A stretch of 62,982 nt of DNA from a virus. Of this stretch, positions 25,157 through 34,535 are shown piece by piece. The stretch spans positions 1-62,982 of IMG/VR virus record IMGVR_UViG_3300017978_000296; one strand, written 5' to 3'. The notes beneath the pieces are model-generated. The model saw nothing but the letters and a program-made list of their open reading frames with translations. It made no database searches and had not been told where the DNA came from. The number at the start of each line of letters is the position of its first letter. Position 1 is the first letter of the stretch. The translations under genes were made by a program, and so were the position numbers.

Positions 25157-25828
25157 ATGGCAACCGTAGGAATTTCCCGAGACCTTATCAACCGAGTCAA
25201 GACCAAGATCAACGGCATGCGCAAGGCAGAACGTGCAGGCGACCTGCCCAACATCGACAAGAACTACAGCGTTGACGCCAGCATGCTCTACAACATCGGC
25301 TGCTGGGGTGCCGAGCACGTCCACCTGCTCAACATGATCCCCAAGGAATGGCTGTGCAAGACGACCGAGGCCAACATCACCATCGCGGGCTGGACCGACG
25401 AAGCCGTAGCGCTCAAGACCAGCGTGCGCTTCACCGGCATGACGTTCGCATACAACCGACCCAAGGACAGCTACTACGTCAAGTCCGACTCCGAGCTGAC
25501 ACTCGATGAGGTGCGTGCGTTCCCCGAGGAGACACCAGGCCGCGCCGAGCTGCTGCAACGCTGGGACGACGCCGTCATCGAGAAGGCCATCAACGCTCGA
25601 TGGGATAAGGTCGAGACCGACGTCACCGAGTTCCTGAACAAGTGCAAGTCGCTCAACGAGGCAGTCAAGTTGTTCCCCGGCGTTCGCATGTACATCCACT
25701 GGGAGGACCTCGAGCGCCTCGACCGCAAGGCCGAGCGCCCCACTCAGCGGGCCAAGATCGTCGAGGAAGTTGACACCGAAGGCCTGACCGCTGCGGCAAT
25801 CGCTGCGAAGTTGGCCATGGCAGCGTAA
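25157..25828 (+). CDS. Hypothetical protein, 223 aa
   Basis: Track ORF. Confidence 0.75.
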   Translation: MATVGISRDLINRVKTKINGMRKAERAGDLPNIDKNYSVDASMLYNIGCWGAEHVHLLNMIPKEWLCKTTEANITIAGWTDEAVALKTSVRFTGMTFAYNRPKDSYYVKSDSELTLDEVRAFPEETPGRAELLQRWDDAVIEKAINARWDKVETDVTEFLNKCKSLNEAVKLFPGVRMYIHWEDLERLDRKAERPTQRAKIVEEVDTEGLTAAAIAAKLAMAA

Positions 25829-25839
25829 GGAGATTCCCC

Positions 25840-26004
25840 ATGAACACCAATGCACTGCGCCATGTGCGCAAACTCTTCAACTGCGACTGGGTACCTGCCG
25901 AGCACAACCGATCCTACCAACGTCAGTGGGTTAGGCAGGTGCGTCTCCTAGGTGACAAGTGGCTACTTGCCAAGCCAGTACAACGCGTTAACATCAACTC
26001 CTAA
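25840..26004 (+). CDS. Small protein, 54 aa
   Basis: Own translation: MNTNALRHVRKLFNCDWVPAEHNRSYQRQWVRQVRLLGDKWLLAKPVQRVNINS. AAGGAGA RBS. Confidence 0.5.
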   Translation: MNTNALRHVRKLFNCDWVPAEHNRSYQRQWVRQVRLLGDKWLLAKPVQRVNINS

Positions 26005-26025
26005 ATCATTAACACAATCAATGAC

Positions 26026-26757
26026 ATGGCCCTTTCCACAGTTCCCCAACCCACTGGATCAGGGGCGCAAGCCCCCGCCATTCAACCCGAACAACCACGA
26101 GGACTCACCGTTCGTGAGCGGTTCAACAACCTGAGCGCCAGGCAGCAAGACGAGATACTCGACAAGCACCGCCACTGGAATGTAGAACACATCGACTGGT
26201 GGGATGGTGTATACGACTGCTTCAAGGCAGACATGGATGCCATCGGCATAGACGTAGACAAGATGTACTTCAGCGGCTTCTGGTCACAGGGTGACGGTGC
26301 ATGCTTTGAGGGGTCTGTCAACGACTGGCCCAAGTTTTTGGCATCGCTGGGGTACACCTGCCCAGCACTCATCGCGCTGGCCGAGACTGGCTGGCGCTTC
26401 GGTGTTGAGCACAAGGGTCACTACTACCACGAGAACTGCACACGCTTCGACGCATGCCTCAACACGCTCGACAGCAACGACGCGGTCGACGATGACGACT
26501 TCGCACAGACCTTCTCCCCGTACCAGTCAGAAATTCAGACCGCCGCATGGATGGCGCTGATCGCCGACTACACGCGCCTCGACCTTGAGGAGCGGTTCGA
26601 GGAGGCGTTCAAAGACCACATGCGTGCGCTGTACAACCAGCTCGAAGCTGAGTACGACCACCTGACATCCGACGAGGCCATCCTCGACTCGTTGGAAGCC
26701 AATGACCAACTCGAGGACGCAATCATTTCAATCACTGAAGAGGAAGAATATGCCTGA
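26026..26757 (+). CDS. Acidic protein, 243 aa (GFWSQGDGA motif), function unknown
   Basis: Track ORF with a very acidic C-terminal half. The 15-mer TCATTAACACAATCA lies just upstream. Confidence 0.75.
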   Translation: MALSTVPQPTGSGAQAPAIQPEQPRGLTVRERFNNLSARQQDEILDKHRHWNVEHIDWWDGVYDCFKADMDAIGIDVDKMYFSGFWSQGDGACFEGSVNDWPKFLASLGYTCPALIALAETGWRFGVEHKGHYYHENCTRFDACLNTLDSNDAVDDDDFAQTFSPYQSEIQTAAWMALIADYTRLDLEERFEEAFKDHMRALYNQLEAEYDHLTSDEAILDSLEANDQLEDAIISITEEEEYA

Positions 26758-27280
26758 TCTCAAATCACAACTCGCAGAAGTTAAACACAAGCTCGCAACC
26801 ATGGCGTTCGACGACAGCGGCGAGGCCACTGAGGCACCCGCTCCGACCGGGGGCCAGAGCCAGTCTCGAAACATATGGCTCAGCATCAAGGACCACCCAG
26901 GCAGCACTGCTGCTGAGGTCGCGGAGCGCATTGGCGTTGACAGGTCGAGCGCATCGACGCTCACCTCGCAGATGTTCCTCAAGGGCATCCTGAAGCGTAC
27001 CAAGGCAGATGCGGACAGCACGTATCGCTACTCGGTCGCCGACCCCAACTATGTGCCGATGTCCAAGCAGCAGGCAATCGAGCGTGCCATAGCGGCCAAG
27101 AGCGCGGGCACCAAGAAAGCCAAGACCAAACCCAAGGCCCCTGCAAAGAGTCTCGCCCAAATGAAGAGTGAGATCGTTGGGGTCAAGCCAGCAACCGACC
27201 CGAGCAGCATCCTGGCCGGACTCAATGTACTGCAAGCCCGTGCGCTGTACGACGAGCTGAAGAAAATCTTCGGGGCGTGA
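26750..27280 (+). CDS. Winged-helix DNA-binding protein, 176 aa
   Basis: Track ORF trimmed to ATG 26750. IWLSIKDHPGSTAAEVAERIGVDRSSASTLTSQMFLKGILKR is a MarR-like wHTH pattern, followed by a Lys-rich linker. Confidence 0.65.
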   Translation: MPDLKSQLAEVKHKLATMAFDDSGEATEAPAPTGGQSQSRNIWLSIKDHPGSTAAEVAERIGVDRSSASTLTSQMFLKGILKRTKADADSTYRYSVADPNYVPMSKQQAIERAIAAKSAGTKKAKTKPKAPAKSLAQMKSEIVGVKPATDPSSILAGLNVLQARALYDELKKIFGA

Positions 27281-27597
27281 GCATGTATCACCTGCCCAAC
27301 ATACCCAACCCCGTCGAGCATGGCTACGGCGGCGGCGAATCGCTCAACATCCGCAGGCTGCAAGAGTTCTGCAACATGACCAACAGCAACTTCAGTACGG
27401 TGGACGCCGCGGTGGATAGCTTGCGAATCCGATTGGTCGAAGTCAATGCCATCAACAAACAACTCACCCAGCTCCTCAACTGGATCGCAGTAACCAACCC
27501 ACAAATCCTCGATGAATTCCAAACCACCGCACATGCCTTCGACAAGCTCGTACCAAGAAACGACGGAGGCGAAGATGTCCCGTGTGCATCCCCTTAA
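27277..27597 (+). CDS. Hypothetical protein, 106 aa
   Basis: Track ORF with ATGA coupling. Confidence 0.65.
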   Translation: MSMYHLPNIPNPVEHGYGGGESLNIRRLQEFCNMTNSNFSTVDAAVDSLRIRLVEVNAINKQLTQLLNWIAVTNPQILDEFQTTAHAFDKLVPRNDGGEDVPCASP

Positions 27598-27709
27598 ACA
27601 CTGCGTTAACTGTGGCAACAACGCCGACCCTCGTGGTGGCGTCGACCTGCGTGGCAAGTGGCACTGCGCCAAGTGCTGGGTCAAGTTCATGAACGGATCA
27701 ATCAGATGA
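27575..27709 (+). CDS. Zinc-ribbon peptide, 44 aa
   Basis: Internal ATG with a GGAGG RBS. The Cys pairs are CVNC...CAKC. Confidence 0.5.
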   Translation: MSRVHPLKHCVNCGNNADPRGGVDLRGKWHCAKCWVKFMNGSIR

Positions 27710-27912
27710 GCACCAAGACAACAAGCGACCGCATGGCCCTGGTGGACGTTAACCACCACTGGAAGCCAATCGACAAGAACAACCCGCCGCCCTTCGGCGT
27801 GAAGCTGCTGCTCATCGAGCGCAAGTACGGCGTGGCCGTCATCAGCAACTACCAATCAGGCTCGACATGGACGCACTACGCCGGGCTGCCGACCTTTGAA
27901 AGAAGCGAATGA
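27706..27912 (+). CDS. Hypothetical protein, 68 aa
   Basis: Track ORF trimmed to ATG 27706 (ATGA coupling). Confidence 0.6.
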   Translation: MSTKTTSDRMALVDVNHHWKPIDKNNPPPFGVKLLLIERKYGVAVISNYQSGSTWTHYAGLPTFERSE

Positions 27913-28103
27913 TCGACCCCAAAACCAAACGCATCACCATCCCGGTGACACAAGACGTTGACCTGATACGTGAGCGCCTGGCTGCCGACACCGGCATCAC
28001 CATGAGCTACGTGCAGATATTCAACTTCCTCGTGCACTTCTATGTGGCGCACGCCGACGAGCCCAAGACCAAGTGGAGATCGCTGCGTGCGAAAGCAGAG
28101 TAA
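27909..28103 (+). CDS. Hypothetical protein, 64 aa
   Basis: Track ORF with ATGA coupling. Confidence 0.6.
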   Translation: MIDPKTKRITIPVTQDVDLIRERLAADTGITMSYVQIFNFLVHFYVAHADEPKTKWRSLRAKAE

Positions 28104-28155
28104 GTACCGACCCAAGGGTGTGCGCATCGACGCCGTGAGCTGGGTGCTGAGCGGC

Positions 28156-28569
28156 ATGCGACCCATGCGTCTGCACAGTGAAGCAACGACGCTGCGACTG
28201 AAGAACCACGCCGCGATGAAAGACATGGTCGAGGGTCGCGCTGACCGCAACACCGTTGACGTGCTGATCGCTGCGATGAACATGACCGAGGCGCTGTCCC
28301 TGGTGCGCGACGAGCTGGGTGCGGACTGGCGTGCCGAGATCACCGCTGCGCAGAACGCGCTGTTCACCATGGCTCAACGCGGTGTCAACAAGAACAACAC
28401 CTTCCTGTTCACAGGACCGGAGCTTACAGCCATGAACATTGCCATGGAGATTCACGACGCACAGATTGACAACTGCACCATCAAAGAACTGGAGAAAGCC
28501 ATGGACCTCATAGAGAAGACCATCCGCAACAACAAGGCCCGAGCCATTGTGACCCCCAAGCCATCATGA
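28156..28569 (+). CDS. Hypothetical helical protein, ~137 aa
   Basis: Track ORF 28042..28569. The start is uncertain (ATG 28156 or GTG 28120). Confidence 0.55.
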   Translation: MRPMRLHSEATTLRLKNHAAMKDMVEGRADRNTVDVLIAAMNMTEALSLVRDELGADWRAEITAAQNALFTMAQRGVNKNNTFLFTGPELTAMNIAMEIHDAQIDNCTIKELEKAMDLIEKTIRNNKARAIVTPKPS

Positions 28570-28799
28570 GAACATCCACTGCCAAACAAGTTAGGGCCTT
28601 GCTGCGGGCCAACCCCGACGGGATGACCGTCAGACAAATCAACGACGTCCTACACCGGACCGATTCCAATCTTCGCCGTGTCCTGCAAGACATGCCGGAC
28701 ACATACATCGACCGCTGGGAGCTGCGTGCACGCAAGACTCCCGCCGCCGTCTGGTGCGTCGTCGTTCCCCCCGAAGACTGCCCGAGACCACGAAAATGA
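28566..28799 (+). CDS. Small winged-helix-like protein, 77 aa
   Basis: Track ORF. The relevant segment is VRALLRANPDGMTVRQINDVLHRTDSNLRRVLQDM. Confidence 0.6.
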   Translation: MRTSTAKQVRALLRANPDGMTVRQINDVLHRTDSNLRRVLQDMPDTYIDRWELRARKTPAAVWCVVVPPEDCPRPRK

Positions 28800-29026
28800 C
28801 CGAAGACCACGACCAGTACCTAACCAGAATCATCCGCATCGAAACGCGCATCGCACGAATCATGGATGCAATGGGGCTGCCCACCAGAATGGACGCGGAG
28901 GACCTAACAAAGTCGCCGTTCGCCACCCCACAACCCATGGACAAGCGCCTTGCCCGAATCGAGACACGCATCTTCAAGCTCATGGAAGCGATGAGCATCA
29001 ACCCTAGAACAGGAAAGAAACTATGA
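28796..29026 (+). CDS. Small protein with an internal duplication (RIETRI..[IL]M[DE]AM), 76 aa
   Basis: Track ORF trimmed to ATG 28796 (ATGA coupling). Confidence 0.6.
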   Translation: MTEDHDQYLTRIIRIETRIARIMDAMGLPTRMDAEDLTKSPFATPQPMDKRLARIETRIFKLMEAMSINPRTGKKL

Positions 29027-29355
29027 CTGAACAGACCATCGAAGTGTTTGACCCTGGCCACCCAGAAGTCAGCCCACAAGACCACCCCATGTACCCCATC
29101 TTCATGGCAGCTATCGAGCAGGCCATGTTCGGCAAGGGTGGACGCCACGGCGGCAACGCCACGCCGTTCTTCGAGCAGCCCTGGGTGCACTACGCAAAGA
29201 TGCACGGCAGGGGTTTCCTCACCGGCCAGGCCGCCAAGAAGCTCGAGGAGGCCGCCAGCACCCGCACGGGCACAGCGTTCGAGACGGAAGTCTTCGGTGC
29301 CATGGTGTACCTGGCCATGGCAGTCCTCGATGAGCGAGGTGCCGCCAATGTTTAA
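29023..29355 (+). CDS. Hypothetical protein, 110 aa (possibly nucleotide-pyrophosphatase associated)
   Basis: Track ORF. There is only a weak motif resemblance, so function is not asserted. Confidence 0.65.
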   Translation: MTEQTIEVFDPGHPEVSPQDHPMYPIFMAAIEQAMFGKGGRHGGNATPFFEQPWVHYAKMHGRGFLTGQAAKKLEEAASTRTGTAFETEVFGAMVYLAMAVLDERGAANV

Positions 29356-29659
29356 AGACCTCATGCACAGCCTCATGGGCAGCAACATCACCAACCAAGC
29401 CCTCGCGTCCGGCCTGACACCGGGCCAACTCAGTGCGGCCATGCAGAACTCGATCCTGCGGCAGGAACCCAAGCGCTTCAACAGCAGCAAGAAAATCTTC
29501 GACGGTCGCATCGAGGTGCAGCAGGTGGCCAACGGCTACGTCGTCAACATCGGCGTCAAGGAAGGCTACGAGTACACCACGCACATCGCCTCGAGCATCA
29601 CCGAGGTCAACGAGATCATTGCAGCAGCGATGGTCGCATTCCAACTGGAGAACAAATGA
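29348..29659 (+). CDS. Hypothetical protein, 103 aa
   Basis: Internal ATG of track ORF 29048..29659, with an 8-nt overlap upstream. Confidence 0.55.
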   Translation: MFKDLMHSLMGSNITNQALASGLTPGQLSAAMQNSILRQEPKRFNSSKKIFDGRIEVQQVANGYVVNIGVKEGYEYTTHIASSITEVNEIIAAAMVAFQLENK

Positions 29660-29940
29660 CCGTCAAACAACTGATACGCAACTGGCTAATGTCCAACGAG
29701 CCAATACTGGCGGTGCCGACTCAAGAAGCGCAGCTCTCCGAGCGTGCAGCAGGCAACGGCCAGCCGTCATACCGAGTGACCTTAGTGAAGGCCATGAACG
29801 GCAGGCTCTTGGAGATCGGCGTGTACAAGCCCAACCCCCGCGGCCCTGACTGGACGTACGAGCTGTACGTCATCAACGACAACGAGACCGTGGCCGACGC
29901 GATAGCGAAGGTCCTCGCAATCAAATCGCTGGAGAACTAA
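29656..29940 (+). CDS. Small protein, 94 aa, paralogue-set member
   Basis: Track ORF. The C-terminal segment is NETVADAIAKVLAIKSLEN. Confidence 0.65.
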   Translation: MTVKQLIRNWLMSNEPILAVPTQEAQLSERAAGNGQPSYRVTLVKAMNGRLLEIGVYKPNPRGPDWTYELYVINDNETVADAIAKVLAIKSLEN

Positions 29941-30371
29941 TGAGCGCAGACCAAATTGAACTGTGGCACAAGCGTGCCCGCCCCTCCCCCACCGCCGCCG
30001 ACTTCAACGTGCAGCTTGGATGTCACTTCGAGGAGATCGAAGAAATGATGCGGGCCATCAAGGCCAGCGATGAAGAGCTGTGGTGGGACGTACGACTCCA
30101 GGTCCTGACGTTGTCCAAGCTGCTCAAGGGTGGCTTCCTTACGGCCACCATCACCGACCGCAAAGAACTCCTCGACTCGCTGGCCGACCAGGGGGTGACA
30201 GGCATTGGTGTTGGCCACTGCGCTGGCATGAAGACAGCCGACGCAATCGCTGCCGTGAACCGCAGCAACTTCAGCAAGTTCGACAAGAACGGCATGCCCA
30301 TATTCAACGAGCAGGGCAAGGTCATGAAGGGACCTGACTACACTCCACCAGACTTGGAAGGTCTCTACTGA
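29940..30371 (+). CDS. MazG/PRA-PH-like nucleoside triphosphate pyrophosphohydrolase, 143 aa
   Basis: Track ORF. Contains HFEEIEEM and DSLADQ acidic motifs and a C-terminal GKVMKGPDYTPPDL. A 1-nt overlap with the polymerase gene. Confidence 0.65.
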   Translation: MSADQIELWHKRARPSPTAADFNVQLGCHFEEIEEMMRAIKASDEELWWDVRLQVLTLSKLLKGGFLTATITDRKELLDSLADQGVTGIGVGHCAGMKTADAIAAVNRSNFSKFDKNGMPIFNEQGKVMKGPDYTPPDLEGLY

Positions 30372-32326
30372 TGCAACTCATAACACTCGACTTCGAGACC
30401 TACTGGGACTCGAACCACACCCTGAGCAAGATGTCCCCCGCCGAGTACGTCATGCACCCGGAGACGGAAGTGCAGTCGGTCTCCATCAAGATCGGCAGCG
30501 GCTCGACATACGTGCTGTTCGGCGAAGACAAGATCGCCAAGCACCTGGCCAGCATCGACTGGTCCGACACCATGGTGATCGGCCACAACATGTCCGGCTT
30601 CGACGCGATGATCCTTGCATGGCGCTTCAACGTGCGTCCCAAGATGTATGGATGCACCGCAGCAATGGCCCGCAGTCAGTACAGCAAGACGGGATGCAAC
30701 GTGGGGGGTAAATTTCTCACGGGGGTCTCACTGAAAAAGCTGGCCGCGGAACTGGGTGTCGGCATGAAGCTCGACCTCGAGGCGACCAACACCAAGGGCA
30801 AACACCTGTGCGACTTCAGCGCCGATGAGTTGGCCAGCATGGAGGAGTACAACAAGGTCGACACCGACCTGTGCTATGCCATCTTCAAAAAGCTCTACCC
30901 CTCGTTCCCCAAGCAGGAGCTGCTGCTCATCGACATGACGACACGCATGCTGGTCGAGCCAAAGTTCGTGCTGGACTACGACATGGTCAACAAGGCGCTC
31001 GACGACGTGAAGGAAGAGAAGCGCCGCTCGCTGCTGGAGCTGGCCCACACGCTGGGTGTCGATGAGTACGCAGCCAACACGCTCGAGCACGGCATCACCA
31101 TCGAGGAGCAGATTCGCACGGAGCTGGCATCCGCTGCCAAGTTCGGAGCCCTACTAAACAAGTTGGGTATTGAGACGCCGATGAAACAGTCGCCGACCAA
31201 CCCCGACAAGATGACACCGGCGCTGGCCAAGACCGACGACGCGTTCATCAAGCTGCAAGAACACCCCAACCCGCTGGTCGCCGCTGCTGCGCAGGCCAGG
31301 CTGGAAGTTAAGTCCACGCTGCTGGAGACACGTCTGCAAGCGTTCCTGCGAGCCGCCGATGCGTGCGACGGCAAGATACCCGCGCCGCTCAAGTACGCCG
31401 GTGCTGACACCACTGGCCGCTGGTCCGGTGAGCAGTACAACATGCAGAACCTGCCGCGCATCGACCCCAAGAAGCCTCGCGCATCCGACGCCCTGCGCAT
31501 GTCGCTCAAGGCACCCAAGGGTCAGAAGGTCATCGTGGCCGACCTGTCCGGCATCGAGCTGCGCGTCAACATGTTCCTGTGGAAGGTGCCCTACGCGATG
31601 GAGCTGTTCAAGGAAAGCCCGGACAAGGCTGACCTGTACAAGTACTTCGCTGCTCACGACCTGTACAACATTAGTGAAGACGCCGTGACAAAGAACCAGC
31701 GCCAGGTGGGCAAGGTCTCTCACTTGGGTCTGGGCTTCGGTGCTGGCGGTGCCACGTTCCAGAAGGTGGCCAAGCTCATGGGCGGCGTGGACATGGACCT
31801 GGATGAAGCAACGCGTGTCGTCAACACATACCGCGAAGCGCACGGCGAGATCGTGAACGGCTGGAGACGATTCCAGGACAGTCTGCCGCACATCCTCCAA
31901 GGCACCGAGTCGTTCATCGACCCGTGGGGTTTCTGTGTGACCGAGAAGAACGCGGTGCGACTGCCATCCGGTCGACGCATCCACTACCCCGATCTGGTTA
32001 AGCAGCGCGACAACGGTAAGTCGGAATGGTGGTACGGCAACGGTCGCTCCAAGGCTCGCATCTACGCCGGGAAGGGTGTGGAGAACCTGGTACAGGCGCT
32101 TGCCCGTGACGTGATCGCCGAGCACGCGGTCAAGTTCTTCAAGGCCACCGGCTACCGGCCAGCACTCACCGTTCACGACGAGCTGGTGTACTGCGTGCCC
32201 GAGGGCGCAGCCGAAGACTTGCTTGGCATCCTGCAACACATCATGCGCCGCGGCGTGTCGTGGTGGCCAGAGCTCATTACATGGAGCGAAGGCGACATCG
32301 CAGGGTGCTACGGCGAGGCGAAGTGA
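30371..32326 (+). CDS. Family-A DNA polymerase with N-terminal 3'-5' exonuclease, 651 aa
   Basis: Track ORF. ITLDFETYW is Exo I-like. DLSGIELRV corresponds to motif A, KVSHLGLGFGAG to motif B and TVHDELVY to motif C. Confidence 0.92.
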   Translation: MQLITLDFETYWDSNHTLSKMSPAEYVMHPETEVQSVSIKIGSGSTYVLFGEDKIAKHLASIDWSDTMVIGHNMSGFDAMILAWRFNVRPKMYGCTAAMARSQYSKTGCNVGGKFLTGVSLKKLAAELGVGMKLDLEATNTKGKHLCDFSADELASMEEYNKVDTDLCYAIFKKLYPSFPKQELLLIDMTTRMLVEPKFVLDYDMVNKALDDVKEEKRRSLLELAHTLGVDEYAANTLEHGITIEEQIRTELASAAKFGALLNKLGIETPMKQSPTNPDKMTPALAKTDDAFIKLQEHPNPLVAAAAQARLEVKSTLLETRLQAFLRAADACDGKIPAPLKYAGADTTGRWSGEQYNMQNLPRIDPKKPRASDALRMSLKAPKGQKVIVADLSGIELRVNMFLWKVPYAMELFKESPDKADLYKYFAAHDLYNISEDAVTKNQRQVGKVSHLGLGFGAGGATFQKVAKLMGGVDMDLDEATRVVNTYREAHGEIVNGWRRFQDSLPHILQGTESFIDPWGFCVTEKNAVRLPSGRRIHYPDLVKQRDNGKSEWWYGNGRSKARIYAGKGVENLVQALARDVIAEHAVKFFKATGYRPALTVHDELVYCVPEGAAEDLLGILQHIMRRGVSWWPELITWSEGDIAGCYGEAK

Positions 32327-32391
32327 CTTGATGGGGGAGTCAACACCATGTAGCCTGCTCTGACTGTATTCGACAGCAAGCAGGCCCAAAC

Positions 32392-33006
32392 ATGAAGTAC
32401 GACCTGGCCAGAGCAAGGCAGGCAGTTCAGTTTCTGGTGGACTCTTCCTACTTCCATCACCATATCAAGAAGTTGCGCACGACTGTTGAGAAACCACGTT
32501 CGATGCCCTTCAAAGACGATGCTGAAGTGCTTAACGAACTCCTCACTATCGGGCGGCAGAACGTCGCGGCGATGGAGAACCTCATTGGTGTTGCGGAGTT
32601 CAAACGCAGCAGCAAGAACGACTACCAGCGCAACTACATGGCGGCCAAGCGCCAGCGCGACCGCAAGGTCTATGAGCTCGAGGAGCTGATGACCGGCAAG
32701 GCGCTGACGCAGGACGCCCGGACCAAGGTGCTGCGCCGCCAGTACGAAGTCTGGAACAAGGAAAAGGACGCCTACCTGAAAGGGCTAGGCGAGATCGCCT
32801 GGGCTGAGCGCAACGAGGCCACCCGAAAGTTCTGGGAGCGCAAGGAGCACGAGCTCGACGCCCTCATTACCGAGGCCAAGGCCAACGGCCCAGTCAAGCG
32901 CAAGTACCGCGTCGTGGTGGCCAAGGAGCCCAAGACGGCATTCGGGAAAGCCCTAGTCTCCGCCGTGACACAACAGCCTAACAAGTCCGTTGACAAGAGG
33001 CGCTGA
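32392..33006 (+). CDS. Hypothetical basic helical protein, 204 aa
   Basis: Track ORF. Confidence 0.7.
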   Translation: MKYDLARARQAVQFLVDSSYFHHHIKKLRTTVEKPRSMPFKDDAEVLNELLTIGRQNVAAMENLIGVAEFKRSSKNDYQRNYMAAKRQRDRKVYELEELMTGKALTQDARTKVLRRQYEVWNKEKDAYLKGLGEIAWAERNEATRKFWERKEHELDALITEAKANGPVKRKYRVVVAKEPKTAFGKALVSAVTQQPNKSVDKRR

Positions 33007-33084
33007 AGTGATACAGTAGAAACTCACAACAACGACCCCAGCCACCGAATGGTGCTCTGGGGCATTACCGCATTGGACGCACGC

Positions 33085-33738
33085 ATGGCAAATCCGGCAT
33101 GGACCTATTCGCAGCTCGACACGTTCGAGTCCTGTCCCCGCAAGTTCTACCACACCAAGGTCCTGCGGGACGTCGTAGAACCCCCGACCGTTCATACCGA
33201 GTGGGGCACCAAGGTCCACACCGCGTTCGAGGACTTCGTCAACGACGGCGTCATCCTGCCGGAAGGCATGACCCAGTGGCAGCCACTGGCCAACAGCATC
33301 GTAAAACTGCCCGGACAGAAGTTAACGGAACAAAAATATTCACTCGACCGTGACTTCCAGCCAACGGAATGGAAGGGTTCGTGGACGAGAGGCATCGCTG
33401 ACCTAGTGGTCATCCACGGCAAGAAGGCCGCGGTCATGGACTACAAGACCGGCAAGCGCAAACCCACCGAACAGCTTGATCTATATGCGAATTACATCTT
33501 CCACTACCACCCAGAGGTGCAACAGGTAACAACTGGGTTCGTGTGGCTGAAGGAAAAACGCATAGATTGGAAGCCAGTGCAACGTGAACAATTGCCCATC
33601 ATTTGGCAGGGCTTGCTCCCGCGTGTAGCCAAGCTAGAGTCCGCATACGAGCGTGACCGTTGGCCCGCCAAGACCTCCGGCTTGTGTAACGGCTGGTGCC
33701 CAGTCACCTCGTGTGAGTTCAACAAAAAGAAGGGCTAA
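33085..33738 (+). CDS. Cas4-like PD-(D/E)XK exonuclease, 217 aa
   Basis: Track ORF trimmed to ATG 33085 (33049 is also possible). An N-terminal Cys (FESCPRKF) pairs with a C-terminal CNGWCPVTSC cluster. The nuclease core is GIADLVV...DYKTGK. Confidence 0.8.
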   Translation: MANPAWTYSQLDTFESCPRKFYHTKVLRDVVEPPTVHTEWGTKVHTAFEDFVNDGVILPEGMTQWQPLANSIVKLPGQKLTEQKYSLDRDFQPTEWKGSWTRGIADLVVIHGKKAAVMDYKTGKRKPTEQLDLYANYIFHYHPEVQQVTTGFVWLKEKRIDWKPVQREQLPIIWQGLLPRVAKLESAYERDRWPAKTSGLCNGWCPVTSCEFNKKKG

Positions 33739-33740
33739 GC

Positions 33741-34040
33741 ATGACACCTGAAGGGAAAGTTAAAGCAGCGGTGAAGAAGTACCTTCAGGCGCAAGGCGTG
33801 TGGTTCTGGATGCCCGTGTCCAACGGCATGGGCCAGGTCGGTATCCCCGATTTCATCTGCTGCTACAACGGCACATTCTTGGCCATCGAGACCAAGGCAC
33901 CCGGCAAGCTGTCCAACGTGACGGCAAACCAGCAACGAGTCATAGACGAGATCAAGACGCACGGCGGCTTGGCCCTTGTCGTCGACAGCGTCGACAGCCT
34001 CATACCCACCATCGAGTTTCTGAAAGGAGATCACCCATGA
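33741..34040 (+). CDS. VRR-NUC domain nuclease, 99 aa
   Basis: Track ORF. The diagnostic pattern is GIPDFICCYNGTFLAIETKAPGK...Q. Confidence 0.8.
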   Translation: MTPEGKVKAAVKKYLQAQGVWFWMPVSNGMGQVGIPDFICCYNGTFLAIETKAPGKLSNVTANQQRVIDEIKTHGGLALVVDSVDSLIPTIEFLKGDHP

Positions 34041-34303
34041 CACAGTCAACTAAGCGTAAGTTAGAGTATCAAAAGGCATACAACGCCAGACCGGAGGAAG
34101 TCGCCAAGCGTGTCAAGAACAACGCTGCGCGGCGCGAAGCCATCAAGGATGGCCGAGCCCGTGTCGGCGATGGCAAGGACGTGGCCCACAAGAAGTCGCT
34201 CGAGAACGGCGGCGGCAATGGCAAGGGCAACACCGTGGTGCAGAGTCGCGCAGAGAACCGCGGCTGGAGGAAGGGCAGTGGCTCTTACAACCCTGACAAG
34301 TGA
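34037..34303 (+). CDS. Hypothetical basic protein, 88 aa
   Basis: Internal ATG of track ORF 33800..34303, with an AAGGAGA RBS and ATGA coupling. Confidence 0.6.
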   Translation: MTQSTKRKLEYQKAYNARPEEVAKRVKNNAARREAIKDGRARVGDGKDVAHKKSLENGGGNGKGNTVVQSRAENRGWRKGSGSYNPDK

Positions 34304-34400
34304 ACTGGGCAGTTGGAACCGCCCACCGAGCTACACCCGCGCCGCACCACTCCCCTGGTTTGGCCGGGCCGTACCGGACAAGATCACCAACATCTCCGTG

Positions 34401-34535
34401 ATGCGCGATCACATCAATGACGTGCTGCTGGTTCGATGGCGAATCAAAGGCGACCCAGACATCCATGAGATGCCATTTGCACAAACCGACGAAGGAGTCA
34501 TGGCCGCACTGGCTGCAATGAAACTCACATGCTGA
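34401..34535 (+). CDS. Possible small protein, 44 aa
   Basis: Internal ATG of track ORF 34110..34535. Start signals are weak. Confidence 0.3.
   Translation: MRDHINDVLLVRWRIKGDPDIHEMPFAQTDEGVMAALAAMKLTC

Noticed and set aside
29023-32326. 2-aminoadenine (Z-genome) or other hypermodification cluster around MazG-PolA
   Set aside because: No PurZ/PurA-like, DatZ-like HD, thymidylate-synthase-like, glucosyltransferase or deazaguanine genes are recognisable anywhere in the genome.
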